Shown here piece after piece: positions 51,370-64,000 of a stretch of DNA of 64,000 nucleotides. The notes under the pieces were generated by a model, which searched no databases, was not told the DNA's origin, and saw nothing but the letters and a program-made list of their open reading frames with translations. This DNA comes from Callorhinchus milii (lineage: Eukaryota), in NCBI RefSeq assembly GCF_018977255.1, contig NW_024704743.1, positions 93,870,001-93,934,000 of the forward strand, in the 5' to 3' direction. The position numbers and the translations under genes are program-made. How positions within the stretch are numbered: the stretch's first letter is position 1; every line of letters starts with the position of its first letter.

Positions 51370-52581
51370 CAAGTTTTTGAACTGGTTTATTAATGAATAC
51401 ACCCACCTTCTTGAAAGGGGAAAAATGATCTTACCAATTACAGCACATTAGTGGTGTCATATCCTCATATCAGAAAGACTAAATTCATGTTGATTCAATT
51501 CATTTTGATTACTGCTGTATTTTCTCAAGAGATCTGTGAAAAATGTTTAATAGGGGAAATGCTAATTGTTTTTTCTATGGGTTTCTAAAGCAAAGGTCTG
51601 ACAAAGTCCAGTAGTTTAGCTCGATAGATCACTAGCCCCATGGGGAAAAGAAAGTATTTAAAAAAACGCTTCAAGATAAATCTTACATCCATTTTGTTCA
51701 AACCAGAATGTAAAATGTCAAGAATAAAAAGTCCCAAACACAAGATTTAATACACATCTGTTACCTATCTGAATGATTTTACCACAACTTTCTTTTTACA
51801 AGTTATCAAATGTTTTGGCCAAACAAAAAGGTTACATATAACCCAATTTAGAGATTCCTAAACAAAAGCATCTCACTGCATCTTATTCACATCTCAAGAC
51901 TAATCTTAGAAAGTCATATATCCATACACCTATATCCTTTTTCACTAAAATTCAAAATGCACATTTTAAAGAACCAGACTGTAAACAAACATTTGCAATA
52001 TTGGTTACTTGACACACAAGAACTGCTTAACAGAAAGTCATTTCATAAATACAAGTATCAAAACAATCCTCAACACATTGACATTACAAATAATCTGAAC
52101 CCACACCGCGGAAAAATAATGAGCAAAAACTTCAACAGTTCTTATTGAATTAGTTTGGTTTACATAAGACAACCTAAATTGTTTTAATACAGCTCTTTAA
52201 TTGAGGTTTCAGAACATGCCATTATATAACTACTGCCTTTATTAACCAATAATCTTGTGTAACATACATGTGTTATGATCAGACAGTAAATGACATATTT
52301 CCCCTCCCCGTTCCCCCCCCCCCCCGCCCCCCCAGCCGAGGTTCCAAATGGCTTTACAATATCATCACCTTGATAAGAGAAAATAAATTACTTTGTGCCA
52401 TTACTAAATTTAGCTGTTCCTGAAACATTATTTTAGGCATACACTGCATTTCAAGATTACAAATGTCCAGGTCTTAGTTAGATGGAATTCTTTAACGTGT
52501 GGGTTTTTAAACATTGTGGAAATTTGAAGAGACATGAACAGGAAGTGAGGTTTAAGACAGAAGGCTTTGGATCCATTAAAA
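51370..52581 (-). other. UBE2V2: Probable 3' UTR of the UBE2V2-like gene, with candidate polyadenylation signals
   Basis: Repeat-free, AT-rich stretch after the stop codon. Minus-strand AATAAA occurs at 52243-52238 and 51391-51386. Confidence 0.55.
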
Positions 52582-52728
52582 TTAATAACTGTACAGTTGT
52601 CCTTCTGGGGGCTGTGGAAGCTTCATATTGTCCTTGTGCACCATTAGACGTCGTAGCTCTTGTAGAATAACCTTAATGGTATATGAATGTTGCCACTTTG
52701 ATAGAACTTGTATATTTTGCGTATCCAA
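52582..52728 (-). CDS. UBE2V2: UBE2V2/MMS2-like terminal coding exon 4 (147 bp including TAA)
   Basis: Acceptor tttctgttgtag|. Encodes [48 protein letters not shown], with the conserved [21 protein letters not shown]-terminus. Not in the supplied ORF track. Confidence 0.95.
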   Translation of the reverse strand: MDTQNIQVLSKWQHSYTIKVILQELRRLMVHKDNMKLPQPPEGQLYSY

Positions 52729-53179
52729 CTACAACAGAAACAGACGTTATTAATCCCTTTAGATTTTGCAGAATGATGTGCACTTAAATTGTACTGGGCA
52801 TTCAGTGCCAAGACCAGGTGTCAAAGGGCTCTTGAATTCAGAAATCTGACAAATTAAACTTGCTAGGACTTTGTACCAGACTGCATTTCGAACATGGAGC
52901 CGAGTAAGTTTCAAAGCTTATCAATGAAACTGAAGACACCTGCCGATGCTTCATACACCAGCTCATGAAGCCAGTGAACAATTGACCTTTTGTTTGAGCC
53001 TCTAAGCCTTTCATTGGGTCTTGACCAAATCACTTTCCTCCACATCTGCAATATAACCAAGATTCCATCCCTACTACATCTCCATCCCAGCCGAAGCCCT
53101 CACTCACACCTTCAGTACAACCAGACTCGATTTCTCCAATGCCCTCTTCAGTTTTCCTAACTCAATAAGCTCCAAATTG

Positions 53180-54230
53180 CCTGACTCAGTTGGTAGCACC
53201 CTCGCCTCAGAGTTAGGAGGTTGTGAATTCAAGCCCCAAGACCGAACTTGCAACCCATACAGTCTACGCTGATGCTCCAATGTACTGGGGGTGTGCTTGC
53301 AATGTCAGAGATGCCATCCCTTGGAATGAGACATTAAACTTTCGGCATTTTCAGGTGGATTTCAAAGATTCCATGGGACTTTTCAAAAAGAGAAGGGAGA
53401 TTCTACCGATGGCCTGGACAGCAATCGTCCCAAATATAAAAAAATTGGTCATTCACTCCATGGCTACTTGTGGGACATGGCTACGCACAAATTGACTGCC
53501 TCGTTCTCGCACAAAATACAGTCAAACCACTTTACAGTATATCCTGTGAAGCGCTTTGAGATATCTCGAAAGCAGGATAATAGCTGCATTCAATATAGCG
53601 CCTTATCACATCTTCGAGATATCTCAAAGCGCTTCACAGAGTGTATTGTAAAGTGAATTGACTGTATATTTTATGAGCGAACAGGCAGCAGCCAACTGTA
53701 CACAGCAGTAATAATAATAATAATCCTTGCACTTTCACGTCGGGAGGACGTCCCAAAGCGCTTCACAGAACACACTGTAAAGTGAATTGACTGTATATTT
53801 GTGGGCGAACGCGGCAGCCAATTGCGCACAGCAATGCCCCACAAACAGTCAGATTGAAAATGACCAATTTATTATTGTTTTGGGTTTTGGAGGGATTATT
53901 ATTAGGTGTGGAGTAAGGAAACTTGCCCAAGGTATCGCCCTCTGCCTGGAATTGAACTCGGGTCTCTGCTTGCAAAGCGAGTGCTCTAACCACTGAGCTA
54001 CAGGACTCCACAAACAATTGCGGACTAAGTGACCAAATTATTATTATTTATTTTTATCGAGATTACCTTCGAAAAAGCAAGCCACCAATCGTCTACTAAC
54101 TGGGTTCCTACTTACTGCGAGGTGAACAGACATGTGGAGTAAGGAAACTTGCCTAACATTTCACCCTGTCCGGGAATCGAACAGAAGTCCTCTCGCTTAT
54201 GAAGCGAGTGCTCTAACCAATACACTACAG
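53180..54230. mobile_element. SINE cluster: an older Deu-SINE (+, 53180-53570) and an older minus SINE (53575-54230) with a young SINE (-, 53710-54012) nested inside
   Basis: Three overlapping head/Deu/tail sets. The halves flanking 53710-54012 are continuous with each other. Confidence 0.85.
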
Positions 54231-54435
54231 ATCAATTCCCTCAGCTAGTGAAGCGAAAGAAGTCAATCAGGGTTCCAAACACTGTGGGCTTTCTATAGGA
54301 TAGGCACTATATCAAGTGCAAGGATTATTATAAATTATCCACAACTCTGTAGTCCGTATACTTTCCTGCAACAAGATCTGTATGCCAATCATCCCTATCC
54401 TCACTGGCTCCAAAGACTCCCTATTCCTTAACTCA

Positions 54436-54548
54436 AAATACTACAGATGTTGGAAATCTGAAACAAAAACAGAAGTCACTGGGACTCACTTTCCTTTCTC
54501 CATGGATGCTGCCTGACCTGCTGATTGTTCCCAGCAACTTCTGTTTTT
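54436..54548. mobile_element. Penelope-like terminal-repeat remnant
   Basis: cagatgttggaaatctgaaacaaaaacagaa and gatgctgcctgacctgctga..ccagcaacttctgtttt resemble shark Penelope-type termini as I recall them. No ribozyme core remains. Confidence 0.5.
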
Positions 54549-55947
54549 GCTCCCTATTCCTTAGCAGGTGGTCTTCAAGATCCTTATTCTAAATTTCAAG
54601 TGCCCCATCTTGATCTCCTCCAGCATTACTCCCCTAGCCACTCTCTCCACTCTGCAAACTCAGGCCTACTTTACAGTTCCTCCCCCTTCACCTTACCGTT
54701 GGCAAATGAGCTTTCAGTTAATTTGCCCTTGGGAACCTTCCCTAGTTTCCCCCCTTTTGGTAATCTCCCACCATCTCTCCCCCCTCTCCCTCCCCCTCCN
54801 AAAAACATCTTCCACCCTGCTCAAGTTCCCAATCAATTCTTGTGAAGCCTTTCTAGTCATCTTAAATGACTCTGTATAAATGCAAGTTGTTACCACTCAA
54901 AATGACTAAGAAGATGTTAAGATTCCTGTATTGCAGTCCGAATACAAATTTTCCTTAAACACACAATTACTTTTAAATTTCAAAAAGTGCAAACAGGGAT
55001 TTTATTTTGAAATGTCACATCACTGATTAAAATTTAGGAACACATCGTGGTTTCCACCTCACGCAAAAGTATCCTTCCTCAACAACTCACACAGCCACTG
55101 AGAACAGACAAAGTAAGTACTTTTCAAGGGAATCAGAGAAACATCAGATGGACATTAAAAAATTAGGTAACGATAGGCTAGGTCCTAAAACTAAATTTAA
55201 TTGCTTTGTTATAGCTGCCAAAGACACAGAGCAGATCATTTCTTGGGGATCCCTTAATTTATTCTCATAATTCAGATCATTAATGGCTCTATAAGAGATT
55301 GGCTTTCAATTCATAAATGGATTCTGGTAAATCCTCCGAATAAAAACCATCAGTCCATGACCAGTTTAAATCAACAGGGCCGCATTGGTTTTAGGTTACA
55401 GATAGCCAGCCCAGCTTCATAATTATGTTTTGAGAAATACAATCTTGCCTGAAATCATATTTAAATATAATTAATGCCTTAATGTGATTTTTATACCACA
55501 ATTTAAATATGTCCCAATCTAATACAATTGTGATTCTGTTAGCAACGGGTCTGTTCCATTTCAAATTGGCTTTAACTCCATAAATTATTAAAAATAGCTA
55601 GCCGACAAATCCTAGCTGCTCACTCAATTACTCTACTCAAAAACAGAGTAAACATAATAGAGTGAGCATCATAAGAGTACATCATTCAGAAATGGAAAGC
55701 AATTTATTTTAAATGCATTTTATACATAGATTCCTCTCTTGCTCCAGCACACAATACACACACCCCCTGACCACTGAAAGCAGTGAGCTGCTTTTTGACA
55801 AAACTGAAAAAAATGAAAACATTTCACACCAATTAAATAGAAAATAGTTAAGAGTGGCATATGACAGCTTTTAAATTGCATCACAGTTTCATGCACCACT
55901 TAACAAGAATGAGTTAAAAGTAAAGACTTGGGCAACTGCCCACTTAC

Positions 55948-56073
55948 CGCGCCATTGGAATTATTTATTCCATTCATATTTATTTTCGTTAAAAATTTAA
56001 TACTTGGAGGTATTTCTGGATATTTAGGCCCACATTCTATTCTCAGGCTGTATATTCTGTTTTCATAATTTGT
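55948..56073 (-). CDS. UBE2V2: UBE2V2/MMS2-like coding exon 3 (126 bp)
   Basis: Bounded by ttctttcag| and |gtaagt. Encodes [47 protein letters not shown] is the UBE2V2-type motif as I recall it (UBE2V1 has TIYEN). In frame with exon 2. Confidence 0.95.
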
Positions 56074-57589
56074 CTGAAAGAAAAAATTAGCAGGGTTCAT
56101 TTCATGTATTTCAGGGATTAGCATCTTATTGATGGAAAAAATACATATTAATATCTTCCAGAATCTGATATCCACACTATCCAGGAGTAACATCAATGAG
56201 GACATAAAAGCATTGTGGGTACATTAATACGTTAAATACAATACAAAACAGAATTGTAGAATTCTACAGAATCTTGAAAATACAAGGTAGATTTCCCTCT
56301 GACTCACTATCCACACACAGAGCCTGTTCTTCCTTCCCAACAGGACCAGCCCTTTCTCTCTATGGTTACATTTAATCTGAAGCAATCAATTCTGAATAAC
56401 GAGTACATGTTAAATTAGACACAAGATTGCCTCCTAGACTCGGGTCCAAACAATTATTTGTAATAAATTTTATATATTATGTATTATCTTCACCAAAATT
56501 CTCTTCAGCAACAGCGATTCAATAAAGAATTATGACTGCAAAAGTAGCAAAAACATGTGGTGACAAAAGATCCCATCCTCTTCGGCCATAATGTCATTAC
56601 CAAACTCTCCCTCCCTGATCCACCTGAGGTAACAATAAATCTTAATAATCCATTAGGCATAGATAGACCTCCTCCAAAACTTCTGTACAATAAAATTTAA
56701 ATTTAAATAGCCACATCTTATTCCTCTAAGATGAACGAGATACAAGCTGCTGAGGCCAAACCAACTTGTTCAAAACACAAGGCGAGTTACATCATTGAAT
56801 TCCAAACTTAAATACAGAGTAAAAGCCAGAAAAAAAACTTCAATACTGCATTTCTCAGACTACCTGCTATAAGGTTCAATTCTGGAGATAGTGGTCAAGT
56901 ACCACCCCCATTTACTGCATCTCTAACAGAAAAAGTTGAAAATATCCATAACTAAATACTTAGTCAAATTCTCAGACTAATGTGTGTAATTTAAAACAAG
57001 TTAGATAACTTGCAGCCAGAACACTAAGATCAAAATGTTGCAAACCAATCCATTTGCATCTTCCCATGGGGACTCCTGGGTCTAATGAAGCATTAAAAAG
57101 CAATCAACATATCTAAGTGGGTTGACCTTACAGGTGGGTTAGTTCTATAACAGACAACACTTAACTAATAAGGGCAACGAAAAACACAGCAGTGCATAGC
57201 AACCAGTGATAAAAGAGGCACTAATTTAGCTTCAGCTATGCATCACACAATAAGTACTTAAGCAGGCTTAAGTCACAGCATCTGGCAGTTCCTCTCGTCT
57301 CTGCTGGTATGTTAGGCCACAATGCATTCTCTGCTGAAGGTCTGCTAGCAGTAATAAAAAATTTCCTGCCAAACAACAACCATCCTCATTGGGAGACTGC
57401 AAGGTCAGAGCAGTGCTGATTCATCGCAACAGTTCTGATGGAACATCTGCATAGCAACTACCAAAATCAATGTTCTGATTAGGTAATTCTTTGGATATAT
57501 AGGGGAAGTTATTTCATTTCATCAGTTAGCTGCTACCAAATACTGATAAGCCTCTGAAATATCATTATCATTGTCCAAGGTTGATGGAA

Positions 57590-58270
57590 TTTAAGTTACG
57601 ATCTGAAAGATATACTTGAATAGTCCGGTGACCTCAAACTAGAACTGTGTTCTCCAAAGTCTCTGAACCAGTTTGTGAAGAGGCTTGTTTAAGCTGATTG
57701 CTTATAGAATTGCATGGCAAGAGGAAAAACAAAAGAACCGACTAATTGCTCAGCTCAAACATTGAATATTATAATCTCTTCAAAAGCTATGCTTATGTTC
57801 CTCACCTGAACATCTCACGTAATTGACATACATTATAGTTATACTAATGGAAAAGAATTCCTGCAACTTAAATAATAGGACTAAGGTTTAACTTGTGTAA
57901 TGAGTTCCATCCATTTTGGCAGAAATAACATTTTTGTCAGTAACAAGCTTGAATAAAACTGTTGAGGTGCGACCAGCAATGCAATTTAAGGAATACACCC
58001 TGGAAACATCCGAGATCAATTGTTCTAAATTGTTGTAGTGTATTTCTAGCATTTCACAATTTGTACTTCCATTCATCCAATTTTTGGGGTGGAAATTGGT
58101 CAGGAGCACCATACAATTCTGGAATGAAAGCTCCAAATGTTAACCAATTTTACAAGTTTGCCCCTTTACTTAGCATCTGCATATATAATTTATTAATGCC
58201 ATTTTATTTTAGTTCTGACAATCTTTTGTCAACTGATTGGAAATGGGGTAAAGTAGGCCATAGCCTCTCC
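57590..58270 (-). mobile_element. Highly decayed CR1-like fragment in UBE2V2 intron 2
   Basis: Minus-strand remnants of the ALVRPHL (gcattgctggtcgcacctc) and D..L..+Q..A motifs. Confidence 0.55.
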
Positions 58271-59223
58271 CTACAATAACATAACTCAAAATCAGGAATT
58301 TGCGGTTGCAAAGTTATCTCACAACACTCCACTGCTCAGCACACAGGTGGTCCAATGCACAGAACTATCCCACTTCAATAGCAAACAATTTCACAGTTGA
58401 AAACATCTAAATATTTGAGTAGGATGCATTTGGATATCTGTAGAATTTGATTTAAAACAAGGTTTACTTCCCAAATGTGGTGCAAAATCCACTGAAAAAT
58501 GAAATTGTTGCTAAACTGCCACCATTACTCTAGGTGCTCTCCTTCATTTGAATTAAGTTACTGAAATAACCAGTATATGGGACAAAGTACCAAAATTTGC
58601 CAGACCTAAATCCAACGAAGAAAATTTTGTTTCACGAGTCTACACAGTGACTTAAAATTGAAAAACTAGCATTAAATATCAATATCAGAAATATTTAACA
58701 CTTTTGAAAGTTGTGTCCTCAATAGTTGCAGTAAATTCCTGATAACAAGACCCTGGCTAAACTAGTCACTACCACTTAACAATAATTCTTGCAGTTGATA
58801 TAGCGCCTTATCGCGTCAGAGACGTCCCAAAGTACTTCACAGAATGTACCTTAAAGTGGATTGACTTTATTTTGTGGGCAAATCGTGGCAGCCAGTTTGC
58901 ACACAATGTCCCACAACCAGCCATGGAGTGAGTGACCAATTTTTAAATTTTATTTTGGGGATTGTTGGCCAGGGCACCAGGAGAAACTCCCTTTTTCGAA
59001 TAGTGCCAAGGGATCTTTAAACTACCTGGACAGGCAGACGGAACTTCAGTTAATGTTATCCAAAGGACGGCACATCCAACAATACACCACATCAAGCATT
59101 GCAATGAAGTGTCAGCTAAGACTATGTAATTCCAAGTCCCAATGTGGGGCTTAAACCCACAACCTTCAACTCAAGAGTCAAAGTGTTATCACTGCACCAT
59201 TTTGAAAATCCATTGGAATGTTG

Positions 59224-59296
59224 CACCCAACATGGGGCTTGAACGCACAACCCTGAGATCAAGGGTTTCATGCTCCACTGATTGAACTAGATGGGT
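59224..59296 (-). pseudogene. tRNA-Lys(CTT)-derived pseudogene in intron 2 of UBE2V2
   Basis: The 73-nt minus-strand sequence ACCCATCTAGTTCAATCAGTGGAGCATGAAACCCTTGATCTCAGGGTTGTGCGTTCAAGCCCCATGTTGGGTG is colinear with vertebrate tRNA-Lys-CTT. It carries many CpG-type changes that break the stems and the A/B boxes. Confidence 0.85.
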
Positions 59297-59884
59297 TCTT
59301 AATATTGATGGTCTGTTGTTCGGTTAAGTTACCATGCTGTCAATATCCCAGCTGCTTCCCTTGCAAAATGTTAACAAGGGTCTCCACTTTACTTGTCACT
59401 CCACTTAACAATAAGTTGCATTCCAGAAATTCTTGTAAGTACATCATTTGGATAACTTGTCCTAAGATGGTATCTTGCATCGCAGAGGCCTCCCGTCTTA
59501 CCCTGATGCCCGGTGTAGGTTGGACGCTCCTGTTCAGTTGCCACGGAGGCAATCCAATAGACCAGAGGCCTCTGCGATGCACCTGAGCATGCGCACTCAA
59601 TCTCCATATCAAGTGCCTGACCAGCTACAGTATCCCTTTATGGCTCAGAAGAAACTATGTCTAACTAGCCACTCTTGATAACTGATCGCTGAGCCCCGTT
59701 CCCTTGGAGTGACGAGTTACCAGGAGTATATTGTACAGTATCAAGATTGGTGCATGCTAATCACATCAGCACAAGAATTCCCTTTTCTTTCTCCCCCCAC
59801 CCCATCAACCCCAGCTTTGGGAGAGAACAAATTTCTGAAAAAAATAGAAGTATTTAACTCTGTATTACTTGCTAGCTTACTGAC

Positions 59885-60033
59885 CTTGGGTGGTCCGATA
59901 ATCATTCCTGACCATAATGTGAGGGTCATATCTTCATCATCCAGAAGGCCCCAGCTCACAGTTCCATCACCTACACCTTTCTGACCTTCTTCAAGCTCTT
60001 CCAACAAACGAAAATTGCGAGGTATTACCACTC
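59885..60033 (-). CDS. UBE2V2: UBE2V2/MMS2-like ubiquitin E2 variant, coding exon 2 (149 bp)
   Basis: Bounded by ttcttatatag| and |gtcagt. Encodes (G)[49 protein letters not shown], the UEV N-terminal signature. The phase-1 start fits a short upstream exon 1, which I did not find in the window. Confidence 0.95.
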
Positions 60034-61875
60034 CTATATAAGAAAAATTAGTTGCTATTAAACTGTCAGATGACAATGCAAGTTTCAAATACATCTATAA
60101 ATAGACAAAACCATCAATCAATGCTTAGTCTGTATTAAAGTTTAAGAAAAAATGTAAAAATATTTCAAACACTACAGCATGGTTTACCAGATTGCGAAAT
60201 GTTAACACACAGTACTATAGTCTTCTACCTATACAAAATGTAGATTTACACCAACTATTCAATATTAAACCAAAAAATGGAATATCAGAGTTGCCTTTAC
60301 AGATCTTCTGAATTTGGACAAAAATTAAATCTATTGTCTTCCCCAAAAAACATTTGCAGGATAGAAACATCCTGCATGTTTCTTCAATTAATTTAACTTA
60401 AGCTATTAAAAGTTACTTTGAATTGCAGTGACAACACTGACAACCAGCATCAGACGATTCAATCGTGTTCCTCACCACACGATTCAAATTGACTTTCTTA
60501 TCTGTATGGCTAAGTGCTACACGATCTTCATTTTCATGTCCATCAGGGGAGCTCAAAAAACACCGTAAACAAAATTCCACAAAAGATTAACAAACGTCTC
60601 TGAAAATGGTGCAACCAGTATGCTGCTTTTAAAACAGGCTCCAATAGGAGGCAGCCACATGAACTCATTCTTCGGACAATACAACAAGAACCACTGTAGT
60701 GCCCAATAGTATATGTAGTTCCAACATCCCACACAGTAAACTGATAATCTTATTCCATGTTATTTTAGATAATAGTAATCCCTGCATTTGATATAGGGCA
60801 TATAGCATCAAAATGTCTGAAAACACTATGTAGGGTAATTGCTATCAAGTGCCATGATTGTAGATATTTGCAGACAAGCTGAATACAGCAGTTATGATGT
60901 AAATGATTTAATTTTACCTGATGATGTTTGGTAAGTACACAAGGAGAAACACCTCTTTTCAAAGTATCTAACTGAACAGGCAGATGTGACATTGGTTTAA
61001 TTTGAAAAGTCAGCAGGTCTGATAACTCATTGGAACATCAGCCTGGATTGTAAACTCAAATCCGAAAGTGGGATTTGAATCCACAAGCTTCTGACCCAGA
61101 AGCAAGAGTGCTACCAAGCGAGCCAGGCTGGCATCTGACAAATGAAGCGAAGGCAGAAAAACCGAGGGAGACTCAGCCCAGACTAATTCACACAAGGGAA
61201 TCAGTTACAGAGTGGCACACAGACAGAGACTCTCCTTTTCCTCCCAAAGTTAAAAAGCCAAGTTAGTCAGTCTTTCGATACAAATGAATACAAACAGTTC
61301 TTAACATTGTAGTTTAGATAAGAATACAAACCCATGCCTCTAACAACATGAAATATAACTACATCTCCAAAGATTTTATCAAGGGAATGCTATTCTAGCA
61401 AATTTACACTTGGGAGTGGTAACCTCTAGATTTGCCAATATGAAGAACTGGAATGTTTAACAGTAGTTATTTAGCTCGGACCAGCTTGTCTATTAAGACT
61501 TTGGTTTGTAGATTTGGTATCACACCTACCCCTTTAAGTACTATTGATGAGTCAGACAGGATAATATATGAAATATATCAAGATTATTATGAATCTGTCA
61601 AGCACATCTGAGACGATTCAACCATAGGGGAAATGGTTTACAGCTCATTGCTGGGCCTACCTGGGTGCAACTCAAAGACACTTGGGTTAAAAAGTGAAAT
61701 TAAGCAGACAGGAACTTTTATCCTTTCTTATTTGTACACTTCTCTTCTGTGGAGAAGCTGGTTTACAACAGTAGCTAAATGGAGGCACTCATTTAAAATA
61801 CTAAAAATCATCTCTGCAAGTTACTACATACTACCCATTATCAGGCATTGGTTGGATAACAGTCAAATCCCAGTG

Positions 61876-62340
61876 AACAACAACTTGCATTTAAATAGCA
61901 TCCTTCACATGGGGTAGCGTCCTGAAACGCTTCACAGTGGTGGCGTCTGATAACGAGCCATAAGGGAGGTGACCGAAGTACGACCAAACAGGAAGATCTT
62001 TCGTGGGGATTTGAAGATGGGGCGGGAGGGGGCAAGGCGGAGGGATTGAGGTAGAGTGTTCCAGAGTTTCGGGGTGTAGTTGCTGAAGGCACGGTCACCG
62101 ATGGTGGAGGAGGTGACGAGGGGCAAACAGGAGGCCGGGTCAATGGATGGAGTGTCCGGTAAGCAGGTCAGATAGGTAGTGAGGTGCGAGGGCATAAAGG
62201 GATTTGAAAATGAGTGAGGGGATCTTGAAATCGATCCATTTGATGATTAGGAGCTAGTGGAGCCTGGCAAGGACTAGTGTGATGGGGGTACGGAGTTTTG
62301 TGCGGGTGAGTATCTGGGCAGTGGAGTTTTTAATTAATTG
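61876..62340 (-). mobile_element. L2-clade LINE 3' fragment
   Basis: TIGDRAFSNYTPKLWNTLPQSLR, with tail atgcaagttgttgtt. Confidence 0.85.
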
Positions 62341-64000
62341 GGACTATTTGGGATTCAAATCTGTAAACATAGGGATACAAAGAATGTTTCAGCTGATAGT
62401 ATAAACCACTTATGGCTAATTATGGGCAACTCAAACAAACTGTACTTGTAGATGCTATTAAGACTAATTTTACATTCCAAGTGCATTTTCCACTACTAAA
62501 ATCACTGTAAAATTTATGGGCCAGTGGTAACTTTCAGAAGAATAGGGAAATATTTGCTACGTTAAGAATAATAAATCAGTGCATTATACCAGAATTATTG
62601 CAACTGATGGATGACATCTACCTAAGCACCACAAAACCCTTTTTTAATCGAATCATGGAGCAACAGAAAGTGTAAAGGCTCTCTCCCTCACAAGATTAAC
62701 TGAGCTGCTAGACAGAGAACTGCATAGCAGTGATCTACTGCACCACATATTGAAAATGAGAGAAGAGGAACAAGACTGGCAGATTAACAAGTACATAGTT
62801 GATTAGGCAGTGGCAAAAGTGGTTCACAACTACATCCACAATCTATCCTCTCAAAGGATTTAAAGGGTAGTGAAATGCACTAAAGGAAAATGGGATGAAC
62901 CAAATAAAATCAAATTACAAGATTTCCCATTGATGGCATGGAGGGGGCCAGAAGGGCAGTACGACCACGAGAGATCGCAGAAGTAAGGTGGGGCAGGGGA
63001 TGGAGGCATTTGAATATAAGGTCAAAAAAGGGATCAGGGCTCATAGATGATCTGGAGCTTATGGAGGCTGGCCAGCAGAGAAACAGAAAGTTAAGATGTG
63101 ACTAAAGCTTTGGATGAGGATTTTGCCTGCAGTGGGCATGAGGTTGTGTGGAGTCAAGCGATATTGCAGAGAGGGCAAAAAGCGGAATTGGTCATAGGCT
63201 AGATAAAGGGATAAAGTTGTGAAAATCAAACAATGTTGAAATTCTGTACAGGCTCTGCAAACTGGAATGAGTATCAAGCATGATTTTTTTATAAACAGAA
63301 AAATTGGCTAGAGGGTACCTAGGAATAGTGTCTGATGCTAGGACATGAATGATTTAAGTAATCATAATAGGAAGATAGTGGGTAGGTATTGTGGAAGGAT
63401 GAAATCAAATTAACCTTCTTCATCTGAACTGTTCTCAAATGTGTGGACATAAAGTGAAGGCAAGATTGCAGTTGGTTTAATGTGTGGATGACAAGTGAAG
63501 ACCAAATTGTGCTGTTTAGGCTGCCTACATTCACCCTCCCCCATCAATTTGATGATGCAATTGATATTTACGCCATTTAGCTACATACAACAAGCATTTA
63601 TGTAGCACCATCCACGCCTGGGAAGTGCCCAGAGCATTTAACAATGGTGGAGCCCAATACCGAGCCAGGAAAGGGGGAAGGTGACCGTAGTAGGTACAGT
63701 TGAAGTTCTTCAGGCGCAACCTGAAGGGAGGGACGGATTTGCATAGCTTCGGGGCATAGTACTGGATAGACCCCACACACATCTATCTTGAAACTGCACC
63801 CTCCCCATATACCTAGGGGAACTAAAACCAACTGTAGTACCTCCATTATAAATTGTTACAACCCCGGCTATGATCGGCTAATACATGAATAATCAAACCG
63901 AGTAACTTCCTTCTCATTAAGTTTGGTTTCAATTTACTAAGCCCGCCCTTTTGGGAACAACCATTGCAAGAAGGGGAGCCTTACAATGCTAATTGTAGAC

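Noticed and set aside
60034..64000. UBE2V2 exon 1 and promoter
   Set aside because: There is no CpG island and no ATG-containing short exon with a phase-1 donor. It probably lies beyond the window.

Overview
Repeat-rich vertebrate genomic DNA, not prokaryotic. The tRNA-headed Deu-domain SINEs with L2-type tails and the CR1/L2 LINEs suggest a cartilaginous fish, possibly a chimaera (inference). The only intact protein-coding gene I can support is a UBE2V2/MMS2-like gene on the minus strand, with exons 2-4 at 60033-59885, 56073-55948 and 52728-52582. Its exon 1 appears to lie beyond the window, and the protein looks unusually divergent. Between about 1 kb and 51 kb, the unique DNA between repeats holds many minus-strand fragments broken by stops and frameshifts. 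Together they read as a decayed giant membrane-protein gene: repeated extracellular beta-sandwich-like modules (QP..G.P / V...D..G / G.A.F..L.I) followed by a STRA6/RBP-receptor-like membrane region at 1-5.5 kb. This is my top finding, and it was identified by eye only. Also present are a 2.5-kb 18/19-bp minisatellite that generates spurious 870-940 aa ORFs, an uncommon non-LTR retrotransposon family reconstructable from four loci, and nested TE insertions. UBE2V2 intron 2 carries a tRNA-Lys pseudogene and a structured hairpin. There are also local duplications, a palindromic MITE-like element and candidate CTCF/enhancer sites. Repeat boundaries are approximate (about +/-20 bp). No CRISPR, rRNA or intact tRNA gene was found.
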